A stretch of 32,000 nt of DNA from Candidatus Pelagibacter sp. HTCC7211. Lineage in GTDB: Bacteria > Pseudomonadota > Alphaproteobacteria > Pelagibacterales > Pelagibacteraceae. Under the pieces are notes generated by a model. That model did not search any database. It saw nothing but the letters and a program-made list of their open reading frames with translations, and was not told the DNA's origin. The position numbers were made by a program, and so were the translations under genes. The stretch spans positions 1,290,001-1,322,000 of the forward strand of contig NZ_DS995298.1 in the NCBI RefSeq assembly GCF_000155895.1, given 5' to 3'. Below are positions 1 through 8,583 of the stretch, piece by piece; the stretch's first letter is position 1, and every line of letters begins with the position of its first letter.

Positions 1-300
1 CATCCAATAGTAAGAACACATCCTGAAACAGGTAAGAAAATTTTATATGTTAACTGGACCTACACAAAACAGATTATAGGTTTAGAAAAAGAGGAAAGTG
101 ATCAAGTTTTAAAGGAAATATTTGAACATCAAGCTAGATTGGATCTAACCTGTCGATTTAGTTGGACAGAAGACACTGTTGCTATTTGGGATAATAGAAG
201 TGTAATTCATTATGCAATAGCAGATTTTTTTCCTGGAAGAGGTCTTGGATACGAGAGAATAATGGATCGAATTGCAATTGAGGGTGACCATCCTCAATAA
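1..300 (+). CDS. tauD: TauD/TfdA-family Fe(II)/2-oxoglutarate dioxygenase, C-terminal fragment (5' end outside window)
   Basis: Frame 1 is open from base 1 to TAA at 298-300. The translation HPIVRTHPETGKKILYVN...VAIWDNRSVIHYAIADF...IAIEGDHPQ aligns by eye with the C-terminal third of E. coli taurine dioxygenase as I recall it. The substrate cannot be determined from sequence. Confidence 0.8.
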   Translation, partial: HPIVRTHPETGKKILYVNWTYTKQIIGLEKEESDQVLKEIFEHQARLDLTCRFSWTEDTVAIWDNRSVIHYAIADFFPGRGLGYERIMDRIAIEGDHPQ

Positions 301-308
301 GTAAGATT

Positions 309-340
309 TAAATTCTTAATAAATTAATATAAATTCTTAA
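309..340. repeat. Two exact 11-bp direct repeats TAAATTCTTAA, 21 bp apart, between the tauD-like stop and the GMC oxidoreductase start
   Basis: 309-319 and 330-340 are identical. The start-to-start spacing is 21 bp, about two helical turns. Confidence 0.5.
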
Positions 341-345
341 AAATT

Positions 346-1929
346 ATGAAATTTGATTATTTAGTTATTGGTGCAGGTACAGCAGGATGCGTATTGGCAA
401 ATAGGTTGTCGGAGAATTCACAAAATAATGTTGCGATTTTTGAAGCAGGAAAAAATAGTGATATTTGGAAAGTAAACATGCCACTTGCAATTTTGTATAC
501 GATGCATGATCCAAAATATAATTATAAATATTATTCAGAACCTGAACCTCACTTAAATAATAGAAAACTTTTTTGTCCAAGAGGAAAGATGATTGGCGGC
601 TGCTCTGCTCATAATGGAATGGTTTATGTAAGAGGAAATAAAAATGATTATGAAAGATGGGCTTCGTTTGGACTAAGAGATTGGTCATATGAAAAAGTTT
701 TACCTTTCTTTAAAAAAATTGAAACTTGGTCTGAAGGTGAGAACGAGTATAGAGGTGGAAGCGGCATACTTCCGATTAATCAATCTAAAAATAAAAACCC
801 ATTATTTAGTGCTTTTTTAAACTCAGCTAAAGAAGCAGGTCATAAAATTAATAATGATATGAATGGAGAAGATCAGGAAGGCTTTGGAATGTATGATGTT
901 ACCATTCATAAAGGTGAAAGAGCTAGTGCTTCCAAATATTATTTAAATCCAGCCAGAAAAAGAAATAATTTAAAAGTATTTACAGAAACATTTGTTGAGA
1001 AAATTATTTTTGATGGAAAAAAAGCAATAGGAATTGAAGTTAAAATTAAAAATAAAGTTGAAAAAATATATGCAAATAAAGAAATAATACTTAGTGGTGG
1101 ATCAATAAATTCACCCCAATTACTTATGCTTTCAGGTGTTGGACCAGCAGATCACTTAAAGGATAAAGGAATTGAAGTAATTCATGAACTTAAAGGGGTT
1201 GGTAAAAATCTACAAGATCATTTAGAAACCTATATTCAACAAGAATGTAAAACTCCAGATACTTTATATTCATATGTCAACAAATTGAATATGGTTAGAA
1301 TTGGAATTCAGTGGTTTCTAAATAAAAGTGGTCCCTGCTCTACATCATTTTTAGAAGCTGGAGGATTTTGCAAATCATCAGCAGATAAAGAGTATCCAAA
1401 TATTCAGTTCCACTTCTTTCCTGCATTTGTAATAGATCACGGCACGGTGGATCCTGACCGACATGGATTTCAATTACATGCAAGTTTAAATCAACCAAAA
1501 AGTAGAGGACAAATTACATTGAATAGTTCAAATCCTTATGATTATCCAAAAATTCAATTCAATTACTTAGAAGATGATTATGATCTTAAAGAGACAATTA
1601 AGTGTATTCACGTAGCAAGAAAAATACTTAGTCAAAACTCTATGAAGCCTTATACGGGAAAAGAAGTTGGTCCAGGCGAAAGTGCTCAAACAGACAGTCA
1701 AATCGAGGAATATATTAGATCAAAAGCAGAAACTGCTTATCATCCTTCTTGCACTCTTAAAATGGGTGTAGATGATATGGCTGTAGTTGATGAAAAACTT
1801 AAAATACATGGATTACAAAATATAAGGGTTGCCGATGCTTCTATAATGCCTGAAATAACAAGTGGTAATTTAAATGCACCTACCCTAATGATTGGAGAAA
1901 GAGCATCTGACTTTATTATGAATTCATGA
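346..1929 (+). CDS. GMC-family FAD oxidoreductase (choline-dehydrogenase-like)
   Basis: 527-aa ORF. It has an N-terminal FAD Rossmann motif DYLVIGAGTAGCVLANRLSE, the GMC signature GGCSAHNGMVYVRGN, and the C-terminal HPSCTLKMG...RVADASIMP...GNLNAPTLMIGERASD. Its stop overlaps the next start (ATGA 1926-1929). Confidence 0.9.
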   Translation: MKFDYLVIGAGTAGCVLANRLSENSQNNVAIFEAGKNSDIWKVNMPLAILYTMHDPKYNYKYYSEPEPHLNNRKLFCPRGKMIGGCSAHNGMVYVRGNKNDYERWASFGLRDWSYEKVLPFFKKIETWSEGENEYRGGSGILPINQSKNKNPLFSAFLNSAKEAGHKINNDMNGEDQEGFGMYDVTIHKGERASASKYYLNPARKRNNLKVFTETFVEKIIFDGKKAIGIEVKIKNKVEKIYANKEIILSGGSINSPQLLMLSGVGPADHLKDKGIEVIHELKGVGKNLQDHLETYIQQECKTPDTLYSYVNKLNMVRIGIQWFLNKSGPCSTSFLEAGGFCKSSADKEYPNIQFHFFPAFVIDHGTVDPDRHGFQLHASLNQPKSRGQITLNSSNPYDYPKIQFNYLEDDYDLKETIKCIHVARKILSQNSMKPYTGKEVGPGESAQTDSQIEEYIRSKAETAYHPSCTLKMGVDDMAVVDEKLKIHGLQNIRVADASIMPEITSGNLNAPTLMIGERASDFIMNS

Positions 1930-2876
1930 CAACAGCACAAAACAATACCAAGGGTATTCTTTTTATTCTTGTTGGAATGGTTGTGTTTTCAATTCAGGAT
2001 GCATTAATTAAATTCATATACGAAGACTCTGCGTTGTATGAATTATATCTAGGAAGAACCCTATCAGCTGCATTTTTTTTATTTTGTTATATGAAATTTA
2101 CAAAACAAAAAATTATTTTTAAAACTCACTACCCATTTTTAACTACTTTGAGAATTATATGTTTTTTCTTTGGTTTTAGTTTTTTTTATATTTCACTAAC
2201 ATATATGTCACTTGCAATGGCAAATGCTTTATTTTTTTCTAGTCCATTTTTTGTTTCAATTTTAGCAGTATTATTCTTAAATGAAAAAGTTGGGATTAGA
2301 AGATGGCTTGCAATTTTATCAGGATTTATTGGGGTATTTATCGTTTTAAATCCAGATTTTAGTGATTTTGAATATAAGAAACTAGCACCAATTGCATGTG
2401 CTTTATGCTACTCGATATCAATGACAATTACCAAATATACTTCTGACAAAGATAATTCTTACACTCAGATGACCCATTTGTATATTGGAGCAACCATTAT
2501 AAGTATTTTATTTTTTATTTTTACAGGTAAAGGTCAATTTAATAATTTTAGTGATCCTACATTTCAATTTATTTTTAGAGAATGGTTTATAAACCCAACT
2601 TATGCTTGGCCAATTATAATCTTAATGGGATTTATTGGAGCTTTAGCATTTTTTTGTATATTTAATGCGTACAGCATTGCATCTCCGTCAGTAGTTTCTT
2701 TATATGAATATTCTTTAATTATTTGGTCAATTATGATTGGCTATATAATATTTGATAATGTGCCAACATTAAGAACTTTTATCGGTATTTCAATTATTAT
2801 AGGAGCGGGGATATATATATATTTAAGAGAAAAAGTAAAAGATCAAATGATTGTAACAGATACTCCTAATAGATGA
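1926..2876 (+). CDS. EamA/DMT-superfamily transporter (paralog 1)
   Basis: 316-aa, highly hydrophobic ORF with about 10 helices and a two-EamA-half architecture. ATGA overlaps occur at both ends. Confidence 0.85.
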   Translation: MTTAQNNTKGILFILVGMVVFSIQDALIKFIYEDSALYELYLGRTLSAAFFLFCYMKFTKQKIIFKTHYPFLTTLRIICFFFGFSFFYISLTYMSLAMANALFFSSPFFVSILAVLFLNEKVGIRRWLAILSGFIGVFIVLNPDFSDFEYKKLAPIACALCYSISMTITKYTSDKDNSYTQMTHLYIGATIISILFFIFTGKGQFNNFSDPTFQFIFREWFINPTYAWPIIILMGFIGALAFFCIFNAYSIASPSVVSLYEYSLIIWSIMIGYIIFDNVPTLRTFIGISIIIGAGIYIYLREKVKDQMIVTDTPNR

Positions 2877-3829
2877 GAGCTAAAGATAATAATTCAAAAG
2901 GTATCCTGCTTATAATTATTGCAATGACATTGTTTGCAATGCAAGACTCTTTAATCAAATTTATTTTTGAAAAATCTGCTCTTTATGAAATTTTCTTTGG
3001 AAGATACTTTGTTGCTGCAGTTTTGCTTTTTTTTTATATCAAATTTAAAAAACAAAAAGTTAATTTAAAAACACATTACCCTGTCCTTACTTTTGTAAGA
3101 GTCATTTTACATTTTCTAGCTTTTTCTGCTTTTTTTATATCCTTAACTTATATGCCTTTAGCAACAGCTAATGCACTTTTTTTTTCTTGTCCTTTTTTTG
3201 TATCAATTTTTGCAAAATTTTTTTTAAAAGAATATATTGGGATTAGAAGATGGTCAGCAATTGCTTTTGGATTTTTAGGAGTATTTATAGTGCTTAATCC
3301 AAATTTTTCAGAATTTGAGTATAAAAGTTTACTTCCAGTAGGATGTGCATTTTTTTATGCTGCATCTATGACTATAACAAAATACACATCCGATAAAGAT
3401 GATGTAAATACTCAACTATTTTACTTTTATTTAATTGCTATAGCTCTATGCGGTTTGATTTATATTTATATGGGTAATGGTCAATTTAATAATGCAAACT
3501 ATGACTCAACTACCCAATTTATTTTTAGAGAATGGTTTTCAAACATAGAATATACGTGGAAATTTATATTATTTTTTGGTGTAGCTGCATCTATTGCTTT
3601 TGTTTGTATTTTTTCTGCTTATATTATTGCTTCACCTTCTGTAGTTTCGTTATTTGAGTATTCTTTAATTATAATGTCTATGATACCTGGATATTTTTTA
3701 TTTAATGAGATTCCATCTACCAGAACTTTTATAGGTGTTGCTTGTATAATATCAGCTGGAATATATATTTATTCAAGAGAAAAAGTTAGAGAACAGTATA
3801 TTGCTACTGAGACACCTGTTAGAAGATGA
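2873..3829 (+). CDS. EamA/DMT-superfamily transporter (paralog 2, tandem duplicate of the preceding gene)
   Basis: 318-aa ORF that is colinear with the upstream gene. By hand count about 110 of the first ~166 aligned residues are identical (e.g. LTYM.LA.ANALFFS.PFFVSI, GIRRW, GVFIVLNP.FS.FEYK, SMTITKYTSDKD). Confidence 0.85.
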   Translation: MRAKDNNSKGILLIIIAMTLFAMQDSLIKFIFEKSALYEIFFGRYFVAAVLLFFYIKFKKQKVNLKTHYPVLTFVRVILHFLAFSAFFISLTYMPLATANALFFSCPFFVSIFAKFFLKEYIGIRRWSAIAFGFLGVFIVLNPNFSEFEYKSLLPVGCAFFYAASMTITKYTSDKDDVNTQLFYFYLIAIALCGLIYIYMGNGQFNNANYDSTTQFIFREWFSNIEYTWKFILFFGVAASIAFVCIFSAYIIASPSVVSLFEYSLIIMSMIPGYFLFNEIPSTRTFIGVACIISAGIYIYSREKVREQYIATETPVRR

Positions 3830-4797
3830 CCAAAAATTATATACCAACTATAAACATATCCTCACTAATTAGAGATGAATTTAAAACTCAAAATGCATTA
3901 AAAATAATCAAAAAAATTGAAAAGGCTTGCGTTGAGGTAGGTTTTTTTCAAGTTACTGGCCATGGAATAGATATTAAAAAGATAAATAATATCTGCAAAA
4001 TTGGAAATAGATTTTTTAATTCTTCAGAAATAAATAAAAACAAATTGGCTCCAAAAAAATGGAATAATAAAAATAAAAACTTATATCGAGGTTACTTTCC
4101 AAATACTGTAAATGGTAAAGAAGGATTAGATTTAGGAGATCTTAAAATAACATTAAAACATGTAAGAAAATATAAGTCTAAATATATTGAATATTTAGAT
4201 CTTAAAAAATCCTTGGATAAAACATCTATAAAAAGTTTATCAAATTATTTTGATGAAATTTTTTCTTTAAGTGAGATATTATTTAAAAGCATAATAAGAC
4301 TTTACAATAAAGATGAAAATATTAGCAGAAAAGCTTTTTCAAGAATAAAAACTTTAAGTACCTTAAGATTTAATTACTATCCAAATCAAAATAAGCCAGT
4401 AGAAATTTCAAAACAGGATGGGGTTGCTCTTGGTTGTGAAACACATGTTGATAGTGGGATATTTACTGTACTATACCAAGATAAAAAAGGTGGGTTACAA
4501 TTTCAAAATAGAAGAAATAAAAAATGGTATGATGTTCCATTTAATAAAAATGCACTAATCGTTAATACTGGTTTAGCGTTAGAATATTTAAGTATGGGTA
4601 AATTTAAAGCAACTAATCACAGAGTTTTATGGAATAAAACTAAGAGAATGTCTATTCCTTTCTTTTTTGAGCCATCATATGATTTTAAAATGTCTCCTTC
4701 ATTTTTAAATGGGAATTCGTATAATAAAAATAAAGGTATAATTTTTGAGAAATTTTTAAAAAAATCTTTAGAAAAATTTATTGAATACCAAAGATAA
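3826..4797 (+). CDS. 2OG-Fe(II) oxygenase (isopenicillin-N-synthase-like / DIOX_N + 2OG-FeII_Oxy)
   Basis: 323 aa with a DIOX_N-like N-terminus (IPTINISSL...GFFQVTGHGI). The catalytic set is complete: H-x-D in CETHVDSG, distal His in ATNHRV, and R-x-S in KRMSIPFF. Confidence 0.85.
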   Translation: MTKNYIPTINISSLIRDEFKTQNALKIIKKIEKACVEVGFFQVTGHGIDIKKINNICKIGNRFFNSSEINKNKLAPKKWNNKNKNLYRGYFPNTVNGKEGLDLGDLKITLKHVRKYKSKYIEYLDLKKSLDKTSIKSLSNYFDEIFSLSEILFKSIIRLYNKDENISRKAFSRIKTLSTLRFNYYPNQNKPVEISKQDGVALGCETHVDSGIFTVLYQDKKGGLQFQNRRNKKWYDVPFNKNALIVNTGLALEYLSMGKFKATNHRVLWNKTKRMSIPFFFEPSYDFKMSPSFLNGNSYNKNKGIIFEKFLKKSLEKFIEYQR

Positions 4798-4825
4798 AAT
4801 TAAAACATATAGATATGTTTAAATA

Positions 4826-5566
4826 ATGATTTACCTTCATAAAATCCTCCCTCTAATTTTTAGTCCATTAATGCTGATAATGGTATTAATTATTTTTGGA
4901 GTAATTATTAATTCAAAAAAAATAAGCATAATTGGCATATTTATTTTAATCGTTTGCTCTTTACCTATTGTTTCTGACAAATTAGTTGCTTACCTTGAAT
5001 CTGATTATCAATTAAGCAAACCCTCTAATATTGAGCCTGCTGACTCAATAGTTGTTTTGAGTGGTATGATTAGAACTATAAACTCTAAAGATGGTTTAGA
5101 TTATGAATTCGGTGAAGCATCTGATCGAATTTTTGCAGGAATAAACTTATTTAAAGAAAAAAAGGCCCCTAAACTAATTCTTACTCGAGGAAAATTACCA
5201 TGGTCTGTTGGAATTCCAGAAGGTGAATATTTGAAAGAAATTGCAATCAATAATGGAATATCAGAAAATAATATTCTTTTAACTGAAAATGTAGAAAATA
5301 CTGACCAAGAAGCAAAAGCTATTAAAAAGTTACTTTCTGAAGATAAGTCTAAGGTTTTACTGGTTACTTCTGCATTTCATATGCCAAGAGCTCAAAAAGT
5401 CTTTGAAGCTGCCGGTATAAATGTGGTCCCTTTTCCTGTTGATTTTCAAAAAGGATTATCAAAAATTACTTTTATGAGTTTCATACCTTCTGCAAATGCG
5501 CTAAGTGGGACAAGTTTTTTTGTAAGAGAAATGATAGGTAGAATTTATTACAATTTAAAGTATTAA
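4826..5566 (+). CDS. YdcF/DUF218 (ElyC-like) family membrane-anchored protein
   Basis: 246 aa. Two N-terminal hydrophobic helices are followed by a DUF218 core containing VTSAFHMPRA. Confidence 0.75.
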   Translation: MIYLHKILPLIFSPLMLIMVLIIFGVIINSKKISIIGIFILIVCSLPIVSDKLVAYLESDYQLSKPSNIEPADSIVVLSGMIRTINSKDGLDYEFGEASDRIFAGINLFKEKKAPKLILTRGKLPWSVGIPEGEYLKEIAINNGISENNILLTENVENTDQEAKAIKKLLSEDKSKVLLVTSAFHMPRAQKVFEAAGINVVPFPVDFQKGLSKITFMSFIPSANALSGTSFFVREMIGRIYYNLKY

Positions 5567-5716
5567 CTTTAAATAGAAGTAATTTCCATATTCCCTAGAA
5601 CTTAAAATTGTGCTAAGATTTATATTGTAAAGAGCGATACATAACTCATCGTTATATCCAATACGAAAGTGGGATCGGTCGTCTTTTTTTAAATTAGAAA
5701 GTTTAAAGGAGGAAGC

Positions 5717-6886
5717 ATGAATTTTGGATACTTTTGCAATACTACTAACTGGACACACAAGCCTTACCACGAACTATTAGATGAAACTAGAGAAATTACA
5801 GAATATTGTGATCAAAATAAATGGGATTCTATTTGGTATACCGAACATCACTTTAATCACGAAGGAATGGAGTCTTGTACTAACCCTTTAATGATGGGTG
5901 TAGATGCGGCTGCAAGAACTAATCAAATTAGAATAGGCCAAGCCTGTAATGTAATTACGTTTCATAATCCCATACAAATGGCTGAGGATGTAGCTCTTTT
6001 AGATCAATTATCAAAAGGCAGAGTCGAAGTTGGCATTGGCCGGGGTATTTATGGTAGGGAAGCAGTTAATCTAAATATCGAAGCTGACATGAAAGATCAG
6101 GCTAAAAATTTTAGATTGTTTGAAGAAACTTTAACAATTTTAAAAAAAGCTTGGAAAGAAAAATTTTTTGATCACAAAGGTGAATTTTACACGTACCCAT
6201 CACCTGATTATGTGTGGCAACATGATATGAGTAAACCTAGTGAAGAATTTATGGATATGAAAACTAATGTAATGAAAAAGATTAGTGTTCTGCCTCAACC
6301 ATATCAAAAACCTTATCCACCAATTCATCAAGTTGTAGATGGCATTAGATCAATTGAATGGGCTGCGCAACAAGGATTAAATATTATTATGTGGATACCA
6401 ACAGTCAAAGCTTTAAAAATTAAATTTGAAGCATTTAAAAATGCAAAATCTGAAGCTGAAAAAAGAAACGTTCCAATGGGTGAAGGAATTTCATTAGTTA
6501 GAGATATGTTTGTTGCCGACACTATGGAAGAAGCAAAAGAAAAAGCTGGTGAACATATGGTAAATTATATGCGATGGGTATGTCACTGGAGAGGGCTTGG
6601 AAATCATATGGATCCAGGCGAAGAATTGCCTGAAACTAAAGGTAAATTAGATTTATTAAATTACGAATTTTTACATAAAAGAAACATGTTATTTGGTACA
6701 CCTGAATATGTTACAGACAAAATTCATGAGTTAAAATCTGAATTAAACTTACAGAATTTACAAGTTTGGTCCAATTTTCCTGGAGTAAAACATAAAGACT
6801 GCATGAAAAGCATAAAACTTTTTACTGAAAAAGTTATGCCTAACTTCAAAAATGATATTGATACTGAAATAAAAAAAGTTTCGTGA
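5717..6886 (+). CDS. LLM-class (luciferase-like) flavin-dependent monooxygenase/oxidoreductase
   Basis: 389 aa with typical LLM blocks (WDSIWYTEHHF, RIGQACNV, LDQLSKGRVEVGIGRG). A strong SD (AAGGAGGAAGC) lies directly upstream of the ATG. This is the first gene of a tightly coupled six-gene run. Confidence 0.85.
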   Translation: MNFGYFCNTTNWTHKPYHELLDETREITEYCDQNKWDSIWYTEHHFNHEGMESCTNPLMMGVDAAARTNQIRIGQACNVITFHNPIQMAEDVALLDQLSKGRVEVGIGRGIYGREAVNLNIEADMKDQAKNFRLFEETLTILKKAWKEKFFDHKGEFYTYPSPDYVWQHDMSKPSEEFMDMKTNVMKKISVLPQPYQKPYPPIHQVVDGIRSIEWAAQQGLNIIMWIPTVKALKIKFEAFKNAKSEAEKRNVPMGEGISLVRDMFVADTMEEAKEKAGEHMVNYMRWVCHWRGLGNHMDPGEELPETKGKLDLLNYEFLHKRNMLFGTPEYVTDKIHELKSELNLQNLQVWSNFPGVKHKDCMKSIKLFTEKVMPNFKNDIDTEIKKVS

Positions 6887-6900
6887 TCAAATCACGAAAC
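6878..6900 (+). promoter_or_regulatory. Perfect 10-bp stem / 3-nt loop hairpin spanning the LLM stop codon, just upstream of the ThDP-enzyme ATG
   Basis: GTTTCGTGAT-CAA-ATCACGAAAC. The arms are exact reverse complements. The TGA stop (6884-6886) and the candidate GTG start (6883) lie inside the 5' arm, and ATG 6904 follows 3 nt after the 3' arm. Confidence 0.5.
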
Positions 6901-8583
6901 AAAATGTCTGGTGGTCAAGCTGCCGTTAAGTCTTTAAAAAAAGAGAACGTTGAACATGTCTTTGGTCTCATTGGTTCTGCAACAATGGAAATGTTTGATG
7001 CTCTTTATCATGAAAAAAAGATAAAATTTATTGGTGTACGAGATGAGAGAACTGGCACTCACATGGCCGATGGTTATGCCAGAGCATCTAATAAACCGGG
7101 TGTTATTTTAGCTGGACAAAATGGCCCAGGAGCTACCAATTTGGTAACAGGAGTCGCTCAAGCAAAAGCTGCTTTCTCTCCAGTAGTTGCAATTGCAGGA
7201 TCATATTCAACTAAAGATAAAGTTGAAGATGCATTTCAAGGTCTTGATCAGCAATCTTTATTTAAACCCATTACAAAAAAAACTTGGACTGTAAAAAAAT
7301 CTAAAATTATTCCTCAAGTAATTAGTGATGCTTTTGGACTAGCAATGAAGCCTAGAAGAGGACCAGTTTGCATTAATTTACCTAGAAATATTTTAGCAGC
7401 AACAGAGAACTATAATATAAATGTAAAAAAACCTTCATTTGATAGCGAAAGTTACCTTAAAGGAAACAAAGAAAAAATTACAAGAGCAGCAAAGATAATA
7501 AGTCATGCAAAACAATTTGTGATAATTGCTGGTGGTGGGATTAAATATACTTCTAAATATTTAGAAGTGATTAAGCTTGCAGAATTATTAAATACGCCAA
7601 TAGTTACCGCTGCAGGTCATGGGGATGCCATACCATTTAACCATAAACTTAACGCAGGCCAAATGGGACCTCGTGGAAACCCTGTTGCATCACGGCTTGT
7701 GAAAGAAGCAGATGTTATTTTGGCGATTGGAACCAGGTTAGGTTTTAATTCTACTTTTTATAGCTACGATAATATCAATAAAAAAGCAAAAATTATTCAA
7801 ATTGAAATTGAAAAAAAAATGCTGGGCAAATATTTTCCTGTTGTTCTAGGTATCAATGCTGACGCAGCCACAGTCACTAATCAAATATATAATGAAATCA
7901 AAAAACAAAAAATTAAACTAGATATAAAAAATTGGACAAATGAATTTTTAAAACAAAGAAAAGATTATTTAACTGATAGAGAAACTAATAATCTAGGTAA
8001 AAATTTTCCTATTCAACCAAAAGGTTTGTTTAAACAATTAAGAAAAGCGTTACCAAAGGATACAGCTATTACTTTAGATGCAGGAACTTTATGTTTACAA
8101 GCAACAGATGCTCTCAAATATTATAATCCTCCTTCTTTATTCACACCTTTAGATTTTGGTTTGGTAGGTTTTTCGTTTGCCTGCGGTCTAGGAGTTAAGG
8201 TTGCAAAACCAAAAAAAACTGTTGTTAGTTTAATGGGCGATGGTGGATTTGGTATGACAATTTCTGAATTAAGCACAGCAGTAGAATATAGAATTAACAC
8301 AACAACCATAGTAATGAATAATCAAAGTTGGGGAGCAGAAAAAGCCTACCAAAAAGATTTTTTTGGGAAACGATACCTTGGTGCAGACATCCGTAGCCCT
8401 TCATTTGATAAAGTTGCAGAATTATATGGTGCAAAAGGCTTTAAAGTAAAAAAAATTTCTGAAATAAGTGAGGCAGTTAGAGCTGCAGTGAAATCAAATA
8501 AACCTGCAGTGGTTGATGTTGATGTTGACCCAAGTGCATTATATAGTTTTAGAAGAGATAGTTTTAAACATAGGCAAAAATAA
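6883..8583 (+). CDS. Thiamine-diphosphate-dependent enzyme (acetolactate-synthase-like / sulfoacetaldehyde-acetyltransferase-like superfamily)
   Basis: 566 aa with the three-domain ThDP layout. The PYR domain carries AGQNGPGATNLVTG and the ThDP/Mg motif is GDGGFGMTISELSTAVEYRINTTTIVMNNQSWGAEK. The track start is GTG 6883 (GTGA overlap), but ATG 6904 (MSGGQAAV...) is at least as likely. Confidence 0.85.
   Translation: MIKSRNKMSGGQAAVKSLKKENVEHVFGLIGSATMEMFDALYHEKKIKFIGVRDERTGTHMADGYARASNKPGVILAGQNGPGATNLVTGVAQAKAAFSPVVAIAGSYSTKDKVEDAFQGLDQQSLFKPITKKTWTVKKSKIIPQVISDAFGLAMKPRRGPVCINLPRNILAATENYNINVKKPSFDSESYLKGNKEKITRAAKIISHAKQFVIIAGGGIKYTSKYLEVIKLAELLNTPIVTAAGHGDAIPFNHKLNAGQMGPRGNPVASRLVKEADVILAIGTRLGFNSTFYSYDNINKKAKIIQIEIEKKMLGKYFPVVLGINADAATVTNQIYNEIKKQKIKLDIKNWTNEFLKQRKDYLTDRETNNLGKNFPIQPKGLFKQLRKALPKDTAITLDAGTLCLQATDALKYYNPPSLFTPLDFGLVGFSFACGLGVKVAKPKKTVVSLMGDGGFGMTISELSTAVEYRINTTTIVMNNQSWGAEKAYQKDFFGKRYLGADIRSPSFDKVAELYGAKGFKVKKISEISEAVRAAVKSNKPAVVDVDVDPSALYSFRRDSFKHRQK

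Noticed and set aside
365-688. 107-aa minus-strand ORF. The same applies to the other short antisense ORFs at 1740-1940, 5555-5770, 6328-6522, 8121-8309, 10620-10805, 16024-16221, 17055-17297, 20303-20527, 20749-20973, 23820-24113, 24304-24525 and 30119-30370.
   Set aside because: Each is fully embedded in, or out of frame with, a much longer ORF that has clear family motifs. Their translations are low-complexity with no recognisable domains. These are typical shadow ORFs.
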